64,000 nucleotides of DNA from Dehalococcoidia bacterium (lineage in GTDB: Bacteria; Chloroflexota; Dehalococcoidia; Lucifugimonadales; Australimonadaceae), in NCBI GenBank assembly GCA_965249185.1, contig CBDFLS010000002.1, positions 1,933,594 through 1,997,593 on the forward strand, written 5' to 3'. Below are positions 46,452-55,102 of the stretch, one piece after another. The position numbers and the translations under genes were made by a program. The notes under the pieces were generated by a model, which saw only the letters and a list, made by a program, of their open reading frames with translations, did not search any database and had not been told where the DNA came from. Numbering within the stretch: position 1 is the first letter of the stretch; each line of letters begins with the position of its first letter.

Positions 46452-48020
46452 TTGCGATTGGCCGCCTCTATGCCAGACATAACCCTCAAGGAGCTCGAAC
46501 GTTTCGCACACCATTGGCCGCGTGAGCTGGGTATCGCAACAGAGTTCACCCACCTGGGAGTGTCTCTGCTGGATATGCTTACCGTAGATGTCCATCTTCT
46601 GCTGCGCGAACGTTGGTACGGTCGGAGTCAGACATCGATAAAAAGCCGGATCGCTCGGACCGTTCGAAGGCTCATGATGCGTTGGTACCCGCAGGCGCAT
46701 TTCAAGCTTGAACGGAGATTAACTAAGGCCGGTTTACCATGGCCCGATAAGGAAGCATCGCTTGGGCAGGACCGAGTTCTCTTTGTTGTTCAGGGAGCGA
46801 CCCAGAGTGACCTGGGGACTCTCCTTCCGGTGATACGCGGTTTACAGACCAACGCTATTTGTCGGCCGCTCGTGGTCACGGCTGACGCGGGCGCAACGGC
46901 GAGACTTGGACGCGAGGGGATTGAATTCCACAATTTGTATGGTTATCGGGGAGATCTTGGGCACTACAGCAAGGTTGCCCGAGAGGTGTTGGGAGCGCTT
47001 CGAGCTACCGTGGCAAATGGCGCAAAGAACGGGTTCCCCGGCTTTCCCATCGAGATGCGCAGGCTCGGGGTTTTCGAAGCGCTGGCCTGGCGGGCCTTGT
47101 TGCTCATGCACACGCTGGATGCGGCGGACGAGTTGCTCGATCGCTCGGTGCGGGCGGTGGTCGTTGCCTCAGACGTGCATCCGGTAGGCAAAGCGATCGT
47201 TCACCTGGCCAATGCCAGAGGCATTCCGACCATCGTCGTGCAACACGGGCTGTATGGCAACGATGGCGAGGCGCTGACCTTGGGCTTTCTCCCTCTTAGC
47301 GCTGCTACCGTCTGCGTGTGGGGTGAGGGTTCGGCCCAGATACTTGAGCGCCACGGCGTGGCCCGGGAAAGAATCCGCCTCACGGGCCAACCTCGCTTCG
47401 ACCAGATCGTTGCGTTACGGGAGCAGGATTGGCATCATCGAATATGTGATCAGCTCGAACTGGCACATTCATGCCGATTCCTTACATTCGCTTCCCAGAA
47501 CATCTTTCGGCGGGATGAACAGAGACTTGCCATTCTCCAGAGCTTCGGAAGATTGTGCGAAGATATACCGGAATCGGTGGTGGTGGTGAAACTGCATCCA
47601 GCGGAGAATCTGCGCTTGTGGGAGCAATCGGCGGCGAAGTTGGAATTGCCGCGGGTGCGCATCGTGAAACAGATAGACCTTCACCGCCTGTTGGCTGCAA
47701 GCGATGTGGTGATGACGGTGTTCTCGACCGTTGGGCTGGAGGCCCTGTTGCTGGGGAAACCCCTGGTGGTCCTTACCGATCTAGAACGTAGCTATGAAAT
47801 GGAGTATCTGCAGGCCGGCGCCGCAATTCCGGCCGAGAGCGAGCACCTCACCGACGCGGTGCGGAGGATCTTATACGACAGCTCCACGCGGGAGGCCCTA
47901 CGAAAGGCGGCCGAGAGTTTTGTTAGATACCACACCCTAGGGCTTAACGCGCAGGCTGCCGACCGCGTGTCCGCCGTCATATACGACCACCAAGTCCACG
48001 CAAAGGACGCCAAGGAATAA
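46452..48020 (+). CDS. hypothetical GT-B-like transferase (KpsS/capsule-synthesis or TagF-like)
   Basis: 522 aa. VVKLHPAE...DVVMTVFSTVGLEALLLGKPLVVL resembles the C-terminal half of capsule KpsS/KpsC or TagF-type enzymes. Confidence 0.55.
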   Translation: MRLAASMPDITLKELERFAHHWPRELGIATEFTHLGVSLLDMLTVDVHLLLRERWYGRSQTSIKSRIARTVRRLMMRWYPQAHFKLERRLTKAGLPWPDKEASLGQDRVLFVVQGATQSDLGTLLPVIRGLQTNAICRPLVVTADAGATARLGREGIEFHNLYGYRGDLGHYSKVAREVLGALRATVANGAKNGFPGFPIEMRRLGVFEALAWRALLLMHTLDAADELLDRSVRAVVVASDVHPVGKAIVHLANARGIPTIVVQHGLYGNDGEALTLGFLPLSAATVCVWGEGSAQILERHGVARERIRLTGQPRFDQIVALREQDWHHRICDQLELAHSCRFLTFASQNIFRRDEQRLAILQSFGRLCEDIPESVVVVKLHPAENLRLWEQSAAKLELPRVRIVKQIDLHRLLAASDVVMTVFSTVGLEALLLGKPLVVLTDLERSYEMEYLQAGAAIPAESEHLTDAVRRILYDSSTREALRKAAESFVRYHTLGLNAQAADRVSAVIYDHQVHAKDAKE

Positions 48021-48029
48021 GCCCCATCG

Positions 48030-48563
48030 ATGTTTGCTGACATCTTGTCGCGGGAGCGATTGGGAACCGTGGCCGTCACCGCACTGGCGGTGTTGGGTGC
48101 GGGATATGTGGTGGCGAAAGAGAGCGTTTTGGCAATAGTGCTCTCAATCGCCGTCTTGGTGGTTGCCGGCGTCGTTGTTGCTATCACACGAAAACCCGTG
48201 TGGGCAGCATACGCCATACTATTTACCGCGCCCCTGATTGCATACCGTAGTGAGCTTCTGGGCTTCAATGTTTCGTTGCAAAGGATTTTGCTCTTTGTTG
48301 GCATCAGCGCCGTGCTCATGCGAGCGCCCGCGCGGGGGCGTATGAGGCTCCGCTTCCCAGTGGCCGCCCTGATCTTCGCAGGCTTTATCGTCTTCGAATT
48401 GTTTGGCGTTATGAAGACTGGAAAGTTGGACGCGGCGACACACAAGCTTGGCATTCTTATGGTCGGCTGGTTAATCCTGGAATTCCTAGCGAATATGCTG
48501 GATTCTCGTGAGAAGGTAATCCAAGGGTTTAAACCGACATTTCCTTCTTTAGAACTCTGGTAG
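48030..48563 (+). pseudogene. Wzy/O-antigen-ligase-family polymerase, N-terminal fragment
   Basis: Polytopic. Native sequence runs to 48533 (...EKVIQGFK). The remaining codons up to the stop are read from inserted DNA. Confidence 0.7.
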
Positions 48564-48875
48564 CTGAGAGGTGCCAATGCCTCTGCCACGATCCTTGAGC
48601 CGACGTGCCTGCAACAATGGTGACCAGTTGGCGCTTGCAACTCCCTGCTGTGCCGCTCCAGCGTCAGTGCTTCTACGGTAGATGATAATGGAATCGAGCG
48701 GCCAACGCATCCATAATTTTGGGGCAGACCCTGGAGCGCCAGGTCGTCTCAGCCGAACCCACTCCCGTAGTGGTTCGGGGGATCGGCACTGCCAACCGAA
48801 TGAGGTGACGTCGCCGCCATTCACATGGCTATACTGGCTATAAGGGAGGTCGAGCGCTTACGCTTACAGTGTTTG

Positions 48876-48963
48876 AGCGGCTGCCGCGGACGCCTCTGAA
48901 CGACAGACGCCCAATCCTTCCACCTTTGGCGTCCAGAACGGCTGCCGTGGACGCCTCCAGAAC
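48876..48963 (+). repeat. pair of ~26-nt direct repeats inside the unassigned left part of the composite insert
   Basis: AGCGGCTGCCGCGGACGCCTCTGAAC (48876-48901) and AACGGCTGCCGTGGACGCCTCCAGAAC (48937-48963). The second overlaps the hairpin GGCGTCCA...TGGACGCC. Confidence 0.6.
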
Positions 48964-49100
48964 TGGTAGGTTCGACATATGGCCCTCTCTGTAAACCGTC
49001 AGGGAAAATGGGACACCTGAGAGGGGTGGAAAACCCGAGAGTCTGAGAGTGGTGTGAGCTCCTGAAGCGAGGGTAAAGTACCTCATGAAAGGAGCGGACC

Positions 49101-49512
49101 GTGTCCCAGTCACAAGAGAGCAAGGCAGATGCTGCCCAGCAGCGGAGCGAGGAGACCAGGTCTTTCGTCCGCACGGTGAAGGCGGCAACCCGACGTAGAT
49201 ACACCCCCGAAGAGAAGATCCTTGTCGTCCTGGAGGGCTTTCGCCGGGAGGTCACTGTCAATGACCTGTGCAGGCGAGAGGGGATCAAGCCCCACTCCTA
49301 CCACCCACGCGTGGACCAAGGAGTTCATGGAGGCTGGCAAGGAGAGGCTTACCCGTGAGACGGTGCGGGACGCCACGGGCCAGGAGATCCAGCAACTCAG
49401 GCGTGACAACGACGAGCTCAAGGAGCTGGTGGCCGACCTGTCCCTGGAGGACTACCGTATCAAAAAAACGGCTATCCCAGTGCCTGCCGACGACGTCGGT
49501 ACCAACGCATGA
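49101..49512 (+). pseudogene. IS3-family OrfA, frameshifted
   Basis: RRRYTPEEKILVVLEGFRREVTVNDLCRREGIKPHSY continues in another frame as ..WTKEFMEAGKERL...LKELVADLSLEDYRIKK. This implies a 1-nt indel near 49300. Confidence 0.7.
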
Positions 49513-50166
49513 GCGCGTCCGAGAAGACGACGGTCCTGGCCAGGGTAGCTTCGTCCACGCTTCCAAAGCGTCAGGTACTCAAGGACCTGGGTGTCCCCAA
49601 GAGCACCTACTATCGGTGGCTGACGCGCGAGCAACGGTGCCAAGGGCTTGAGAATCAACCGGAAGGCGGCCTGGCACCCTGGAACCGCCTGAGTCAACCT
49701 GAGGAGCAAGCGGTCCGGACGGTGGCACGTCGAGCGCCTGAACTGAGCTGTCGTCAACTTGCTGCCTGGATCACCGACAACCAGGGCTTCTCCGTCTCCG
49801 AGTCCACGGTCTACCGCATCCTGCGCAGGGAGGGTCTGGTCAAGTCACCCAAGATGCAGCTCAAGGCCGGCAAGGAGTACCACCGCAAGACCACCGGTCC
49901 CAACCAGATGTGGGCAACCGACGCCTCCTACTTCAAGGTCATCGGGTGGGGCTACTACTACTTGGTGACGGTGATGGATGACTTCTCCCGCTTCATCCTG
50001 GCCCATAAGCTCCAACGCGACACGACCTCAGCCGGAATTACCCATATCAAGCTGCCTGGGTCCAAGCAACGCACCATCCTCGACGAGAGCCATCGTAGTA
50101 TCAGTCACGGATGCCGTCAACCATCCAATCAAGCGCACAAAACCATCTCTCGGCGTGGTGAGTTAG
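49509..50166 (+). pseudogene. IS3-family OrfB (integrase core), frame-broken and 3'-truncated
   Basis: NQMWATDASYFKVIGWGYYYLVTVMDDFSRFILAHKL is followed by a frame change (..SVTDAVNHPIKRTKPSLGVVS*). The HSDxGSQY block and everything after it are absent. Confidence 0.7.
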
Positions 50167-51689
50167 CGGCCCCAGGCAGCGGAGGTGGCTTTCACCACGT
50201 TTGCACTCCCTTCAAACTCCTCCGGGCGCGCACCTCGCCCTTGGTTGCCTCTCTTCACCTCTGATGACCTCAAGGATAATCGCTACCCTGGTGCTGGATG
50301 GAGCCCGGCGATACGCTCCAACACTTGCCGGAATACCTCCCGGGACACTGCCACCTCAGCAAGCTGAAACACCAACCTCCTGGCATGCCGCACCAGACGT
50401 CCACCCATCTTGATGAGCTTGGTCTGCACGCTTCGCAGTGACCAGTGTTTCACTGACTCTGGCAAAGTCAGCCTTCTCATGAAGTTGCCCAGGTTGTAGG
50501 CCAGCACAAACAGCCACAGCCTCACCTGGTTAGCAACGAACCTGTGACACGAGAGCCGCGTCCAGTTCAGGGCGTATTTACCTTCCTTGATCCACTGCTC
50601 GGCCGTGCCCCGCCCGTTGTAGAAGTGGGTTACGCCTGCCGGCGGTAGGTTGAGGTTGGTGACGACGAACCCGACCCTCGGGAATAGCTCACCCTGGCGC
50701 CACTCCACCTTGGCGACCACACGCCGGGGAATGTCCCAGCTCTGGGCCTGGTAAACGAAGTCGTGATACCGGACTACGGGCTTCCCTTCGACAGGCTCAG
50801 GGCAGGCTTTAGGCGGCCTGCCCACGGGCCGCTTCAGCAGGTGCCGGATGTTTCCTTGTAATACCTCGTTGGCCGGAAGCCGCATAGCGTAGCCAGTGTC
50901 CCTTGACTCCAGGTACTCGTACACCTCGGGCTTGGCAAAGGCAGCATCGGCCCGGAACAGCAGCCGGACTCCTTTCTCCTGGTATCGCTTCACGACTGGC
51001 TCCAGAACCTCCCGCCACCGCTCAGCGCTGTGGACGTTGCCCGGGCGAAGCATTGCACCTTCGCAATCTCCGAAATGGTTGAACAGGAAGAGCGGGTGAT
51101 AACATACGGACTCGAAGTGGCCGTTGTAGGCGACTCCCTCTTGCTGCCCATGCACCGGGCTTTCAGAGCTGTCCATGTCTAGGATAACTCGCTGGTGAGA
51201 TGTCTGGGCCATGGCCCTGTCCACCCACTCAACATTCAGGCGCGCAAGCCCATCCAGGTTTTCCTCTTCGGTTAACACCTCAGTCTCAAATCGGCTCATA
51301 GTATTGGTGCTGGCTGCCTGCTTATCAGTACCTTGCCACCCGACGATGACACGCATAGCCGGGTCTTGGGCAAGCCGTTCAGCGTCGTTGGTGTCCTCAT
51401 AGCCAGCGAGACGGCTATACACCGATTGTCTGAGCAAGGGCAACAGCGGGTGTTGCACATTGCGGCCGGTGCGGCTTTCATGGATATAATCGTTGGCTGT
51501 CTCTGTGAGCCCCAGAGCGGCATCAAGCTCGCGGCATGCCAGGAGTCCGGCGTCCGAGGTGATGGTAGCGCCACGAAAATCCAGGCGGACTCTGCGGTCG
51601 AATTGGAGCTTCAAAGGGGTGTCGGAGCTTTCACCCATTGGGTGCCTCCAGCGAGATTGCGGTATCCAGAACTAGACCCGCTAGCTCGG
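50158..51689 (-). mobile_element. IS1380-family insertion sequence (tentative ends)
   Basis: Imperfect terminal repeat: GTGAGTTAGCGGCCCCAG at 50158 versus the reverse complement CCGAGCTAGCGGGTCTAG ending at 51689, 13/18 matches. The left end coincides with the point where the IS3-like OrfB homology stops. Confidence 0.5.
50283..51638 (-). CDS. IS1380-family DDE transposase
   Basis: 451 aa. ITSDAGLLACRELD...GYEDTNDAERL N-terminal region and C-terminal FYNGRGTAEQWIKEGK...LSCHRFVANQVRL, as in IS1380-type transposases. Confidence 0.8.
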   Translation of the reverse strand: MGESSDTPLKLQFDRRVRLDFRGATITSDAGLLACRELDAALGLTETANDYIHESRTGRNVQHPLLPLLRQSVYSRLAGYEDTNDAERLAQDPAMRVIVGWQGTDKQAASTNTMSRFETEVLTEEENLDGLARLNVEWVDRAMAQTSHQRVILDMDSSESPVHGQQEGVAYNGHFESVCYHPLFLFNHFGDCEGAMLRPGNVHSAERWREVLEPVVKRYQEKGVRLLFRADAAFAKPEVYEYLESRDTGYAMRLPANEVLQGNIRHLLKRPVGRPPKACPEPVEGKPVVRYHDFVYQAQSWDIPRRVVAKVEWRQGELFPRVGFVVTNLNLPPAGVTHFYNGRGTAEQWIKEGKYALNWTRLSCHRFVANQVRLWLFVLAYNLGNFMRRLTLPESVKHWSLRSVQTKLIKMGGRLVRHARRLVFQLAEVAVSREVFRQVLERIAGLHPAPG

Positions 51690-51788
51690 CCAGTCTAGCA
51701 CCCACACTGCCCATAATGCCCAGGTAGGCGGCTCAAATAGGCAGCACTCTCACCGGATTACGACGCACCCACGCGGCTGATCTGGGAA

Positions 51789-52286
51789 ATGTGGGTTAAA
51801 TTCTTTGTGTTGGGGTCGGTGTATCCCGTGGTATTGGGGGTCTATCAGTGGTTCTATGCGGTTCCAGGACAGATCAATGTTCCTCTGGCCACGCTTTTCT
51901 CTCCTCGCTTGACCAGCGATGACCGGCTTCGTTGGGGTGTTCATGCACTCGGCGAAAATCTCCTGAGGATAAGTAGCACACTGGGAACCCCCACTGCATT
52001 TGGGGAGTACCTGGCTATTGTGCTCATAATGGTATTGGCGCTGGTATGGTGGGTGCCCATGAGCTGGCCCTGGGCGCTGGCTGGTTATGCGTATTCAATC
52101 ATCGTTATGCTCCTGATCATATCTACCTTCTCGAGGAGCGCCTGGCCGATAACTCTTTTTGGTCTAATGATGTTGGTCGCGGTGACGCTGTTTACGAGCA
52201 AGAGATTTTCAAAGATTCTCTTGCTGACATTGGCAATGGTCCTAGCGGCCGCGGCGTCTTTGACCCTGGTCCCAGCAATTGTTCTA
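51789..52286 (+). pseudogene. Wzy/O-antigen-ligase-family polymerase, second fragment
   Basis: KFFVLGSVYPVVLGVYQW...STLGTPTAFGEYLAIVL...STFSRSAW. Native sequence from 51801 joins in frame to 48533. It is cut by IS1595 copy 5 at 52286/52287. Confidence 0.75.
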
Positions 52287-53131
52287 GGGTATAGTCCCAA
52301 AACAGCCACCTGTGAGAGAATGGTGGCATGGGACGGAAGATTGGGTGCCCTCGATGTCAACACGCCAAGAGCTGGAGCATTCGGCGAGGTAAGAGTCGTT
52401 GTGCAGCCTGCCACTACGAGTGGGTGCCCAGGGCGCTGCCGCTTCGGTTGTCGCCAGGGGAGTGGCGGCGACTGTTGCGCTGGTTCGTCTTGGGGCAGAG
52501 TGCCGAGGTGATTGCCCAGGAGGCCCGCCTGGAGCGAAAGCGAGTCCTGCGAGCCCTGATCGTGGTGCGCCAGGCCATGGTCCGGGACGTTCCCCATGTC
52601 TTCTCCGGCGTGGTGGAGGTCGACGAGACCTACCTGGGAGGTTCCTGGCGCAACAGGCGCCTGGCAAAGCGTGTTCAGGGCACGAAGCGGGGCCGTGGAA
52701 CCACTAAGCAAGCTGTCTTTGGGATCCTGTGTCGAGGTGGCCTGGTGTGGGCGCAAGTGGTACCTAACGTGGAAGCCAAGACGCTGCTGCCGCTCCTGCA
52801 CCAACGCGTGCAACGTGGCTCCATCGTCTGCTCGGACACCTTTACCAGCTACACGGGTGTCGCAGCGGGGGGCTACGTCCACCGGCTTGTGGACCACAGC
52901 CAGGCGTTCAGCGATCGGCAAGGGAGCCACGTCAACGGCTTGGAGGGCTTCTGGGGTTATCTCAAGCGGCGTCTGGCAGCCAAAGGGGGAGTCCGCCGAG
53001 AACGGCTGCCCCTCTATCTTGCTGAGTATGTCTGGCGCTACAATCATCGGCGTCTGTTGGGACCAGAACAGGTTAAGACATTGTTCAAGCTGCTTCAAAG
53101 CTAATCCGGTGGCTAAAACGGGACTTTACCC
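52287..53131 (+). mobile_element. IS1595-family insertion sequence, copy 5 (845 bp)
   Basis: Same ends as copy 1. A perfect 8-bp duplication, TTGTTCTA, lies at 52279-52286 and 53132-53139. Confidence 0.9.
52328..53104 (+). CDS. IS1595-family transposase
   Basis: 258 aa. The protein is identical to copy 1, with one synonymous change. Confidence 0.9.
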   Translation: MGRKIGCPRCQHAKSWSIRRGKSRCAACHYEWVPRALPLRLSPGEWRRLLRWFVLGQSAEVIAQEARLERKRVLRALIVVRQAMVRDVPHVFSGVVEVDETYLGGSWRNRRLAKRVQGTKRGRGTTKQAVFGILCRGGLVWAQVVPNVEAKTLLPLLHQRVQRGSIVCSDTFTSYTGVAAGGYVHRLVDHSQAFSDRQGSHVNGLEGFWGYLKRRLAAKGGVRRERLPLYLAEYVWRYNHRRLLGPEQVKTLFKLLQS

Positions 53132-53139
53132 TTGTTCTA

Positions 53140-53357
53140 AAAGGCAGTCTGCTACCCATTGTCGGAGCAATGTTTGGCGATTTCGCACAAGACGCACGAC
53201 TCGCGGAGCATCTTGTGAGCAAAGTGGCCGCGATACGCTTTTTTGCTGATAGTCCGATTATCGGTGTGGGGATCAGCAACTTCGGCCAACTTTCTGGCCA
53301 AGGGGGTCTGCTCTCATCAAGTGAGTCAACGTTATTTACAGAGCTCGCCGAAGGGGG
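53140..53357 (+). pseudogene. Wzy/O-antigen-ligase-family polymerase, third fragment
   Basis: KGSLLPIVGAMFGDFAQD...FADSPIIGVGISNFGQL...TELAEGG. In frame with the preceding fragment once IS1595 copy 5 and one duplication copy are removed. Confidence 0.75.
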
Positions 53358-54725
53358 GGTCACGTCCCATAGAGTGGTGTAAGAGTACGTCATCCTGTTG
53401 ATATCGTCTAGGCCGCTGCCTCTGCGAGTTCGGCTCTGGGTAGAGCTTCGTTGGAGGTGGTTACCTCCTGTGTCATGTATCGACGGCCGACGGCCCACTC
53501 GTCGTGCTGCTCAGCTAGGACGGCGCCGACCAGGCGACGGACAGCTGGGCGGTTAGGGAAGATGCCCACCACATCGGTGCGGCGCCGTATCTCCTTGTTG
53601 AGACGCTCCAGGGGGTTGTTGGACCAGATCTTCTTCCAGTGGGCGAGTGGGAAGCTGGAGAAGGCCAGGACGTCGGGTCCAGCCTCGTCCAGTCGAGAGG
53701 CGACCTGTGGGAACGGGTCCTGGAGCTGAGCAATCACCCGCTCGAGTTGGGCATGCACCTCCTGAGGGGACGGCTGCTGGTAGATGGTGCGTACCATGGT
53801 GGCCACCCAGGGCTGAGCGCTCCTGGGGACCCGAGTGAGCAGGTTGGTCATGAAGTGGGTGCGGCACCGCTGCCAACTGGCCCCACCGAAGACAGTTGCG
53901 ATGGCATCCCTGAGTCCCTGATGAGCGTCCGATACCACCAGTTCCACCCCGCCGAGGCCCCTGGCGACCAGTGAGCGCAGGAAGGCTAACCAGAAGGCGC
54001 CGTCTTCACTGGTACCCACGTCCATCCCAACGATCTCACGCTTGCCCTCGCTATTGACCGCCGTCGCCACCACCACGCTGACGTTGACTATCCTACCGGC
54101 CTCTCTGACCTTCTGGGTTAGTGCGTCCAGCCACAGGTAGGGATATGATCCGCCGTCCAGCGGCCGACCCAGGAAGCTCTCCACCACCCCGTCCAGCTCC
54201 TGGCAGATACGCGACACTTGGCTCTTTGAGATACCCTCGCACCCAAGAGCCTTGACCAGATCATCCACTCGCCTCGTCGATACACCCTCCACATACGCCT
54301 GCTGGATCACCGCCAGCAGAGCTCGCTCGCTGCGACGCCGTGGCTCCAGCAGGCTCGGAAAGTAGCTCCCCTCCCTCAGCTTGGGTATCTGCAACTCCAT
54401 GGTCCCTACGCGAGTGTCCCATGCTCGAGACCGGTACCCGTTGCGCTGGGTCACCCGCTCAGGGTTGCGTTCTCCATACCCAGCACCGGTCCTCGATGAC
54501 ACATCAGCCTCCATGATCTCCTCGACCAGCACTCTCAGTGCCTCTCGTAGAAAGTCCACGTCACCGTCGACTCCCCTCTTGCGCATTAGCTCAAGCAGGT
54601 CCATCCTTTCCTTGACCACCGTTGTCCTCCTTTCTCAGGCTCGTCTTTGCCCGCTAAGGATGACGTGGTGGTCTCTCTTCATCCAGACCCTCTACTCTTG
54701 TTACACCACTTCCTGGGACTCTACT
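53358..54725 (-). mobile_element. IS256-family insertion sequence (1368 bp)
   Basis: The terminal repeats share GTCCCA..AGTGGTGTAA..GAG. An 8-bp duplication, GAAGGGGG, lies at 53350-53357 and 54726-54733. Confidence 0.85.
53408..54619 (-). CDS. IS256-family (mutator-type) transposase
   Basis: 403 aa. NGYRSRAWDTRVGTMELQIPKLREGSYFPSLLEPRRR and YLWLDA motifs typical of IS256 transposases. Confidence 0.9.
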   Translation of the reverse strand: MVKERMDLLELMRKRGVDGDVDFLREALRVLVEEIMEADVSSRTGAGYGERNPERVTQRNGYRSRAWDTRVGTMELQIPKLREGSYFPSLLEPRRRSERALLAVIQQAYVEGVSTRRVDDLVKALGCEGISKSQVSRICQELDGVVESFLGRPLDGGSYPYLWLDALTQKVREAGRIVNVSVVVATAVNSEGKREIVGMDVGTSEDGAFWLAFLRSLVARGLGGVELVVSDAHQGLRDAIATVFGGASWQRCRTHFMTNLLTRVPRSAQPWVATMVRTIYQQPSPQEVHAQLERVIAQLQDPFPQVASRLDEAGPDVLAFSSFPLAHWKKIWSNNPLERLNKEIRRRTDVVGIFPNRPAVRRLVGAVLAEQHDEWAVGRRYMTQEVTTSNEALPRAELAEAAA

Positions 54726-55013
54726 GAAGGGGGACTGATCGGCGTGGGACTTTTGGTCGCCTTCAGTATCGCTGTTCTTCGTCCGTTATGGAAAAGAGTG
54801 CGCATCTCGTACAACGAGCCAGTTATGGGCGCTGTGGGGAGGGCACTGCTTGTTGGCATGGCCATTCTCTTTGTGAACAACATTCTCACTGAGACCTTAT
54901 TCAGAGACACCGCATGGGCTATCATGGGATTGGCTCTAGCATTTACATCATTGCGCCGGCAACCTGCGTTCAATCAGATTGGTGCAAAATCTGCTCCTTC
55001 CGCTCTCGAATAA
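54726..55013 (+). pseudogene. Wzy/O-antigen-ligase-family polymerase, C-terminal fragment
   Basis: EGGLIGVGLLVAFSIAVLRPL...AWAIMGLALAF. In frame with 53357 after removal of the IS256 element and one duplication copy. Confidence 0.75.
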
Positions 55014-55102
55014 AATCTTGTTTGACCCATCAGCGCCATTCCACATTTGAGGCGGAGAAATACGGGTGAACAGGTAATATTGGCGTCTCCAGAGCACCGA
55101 TT

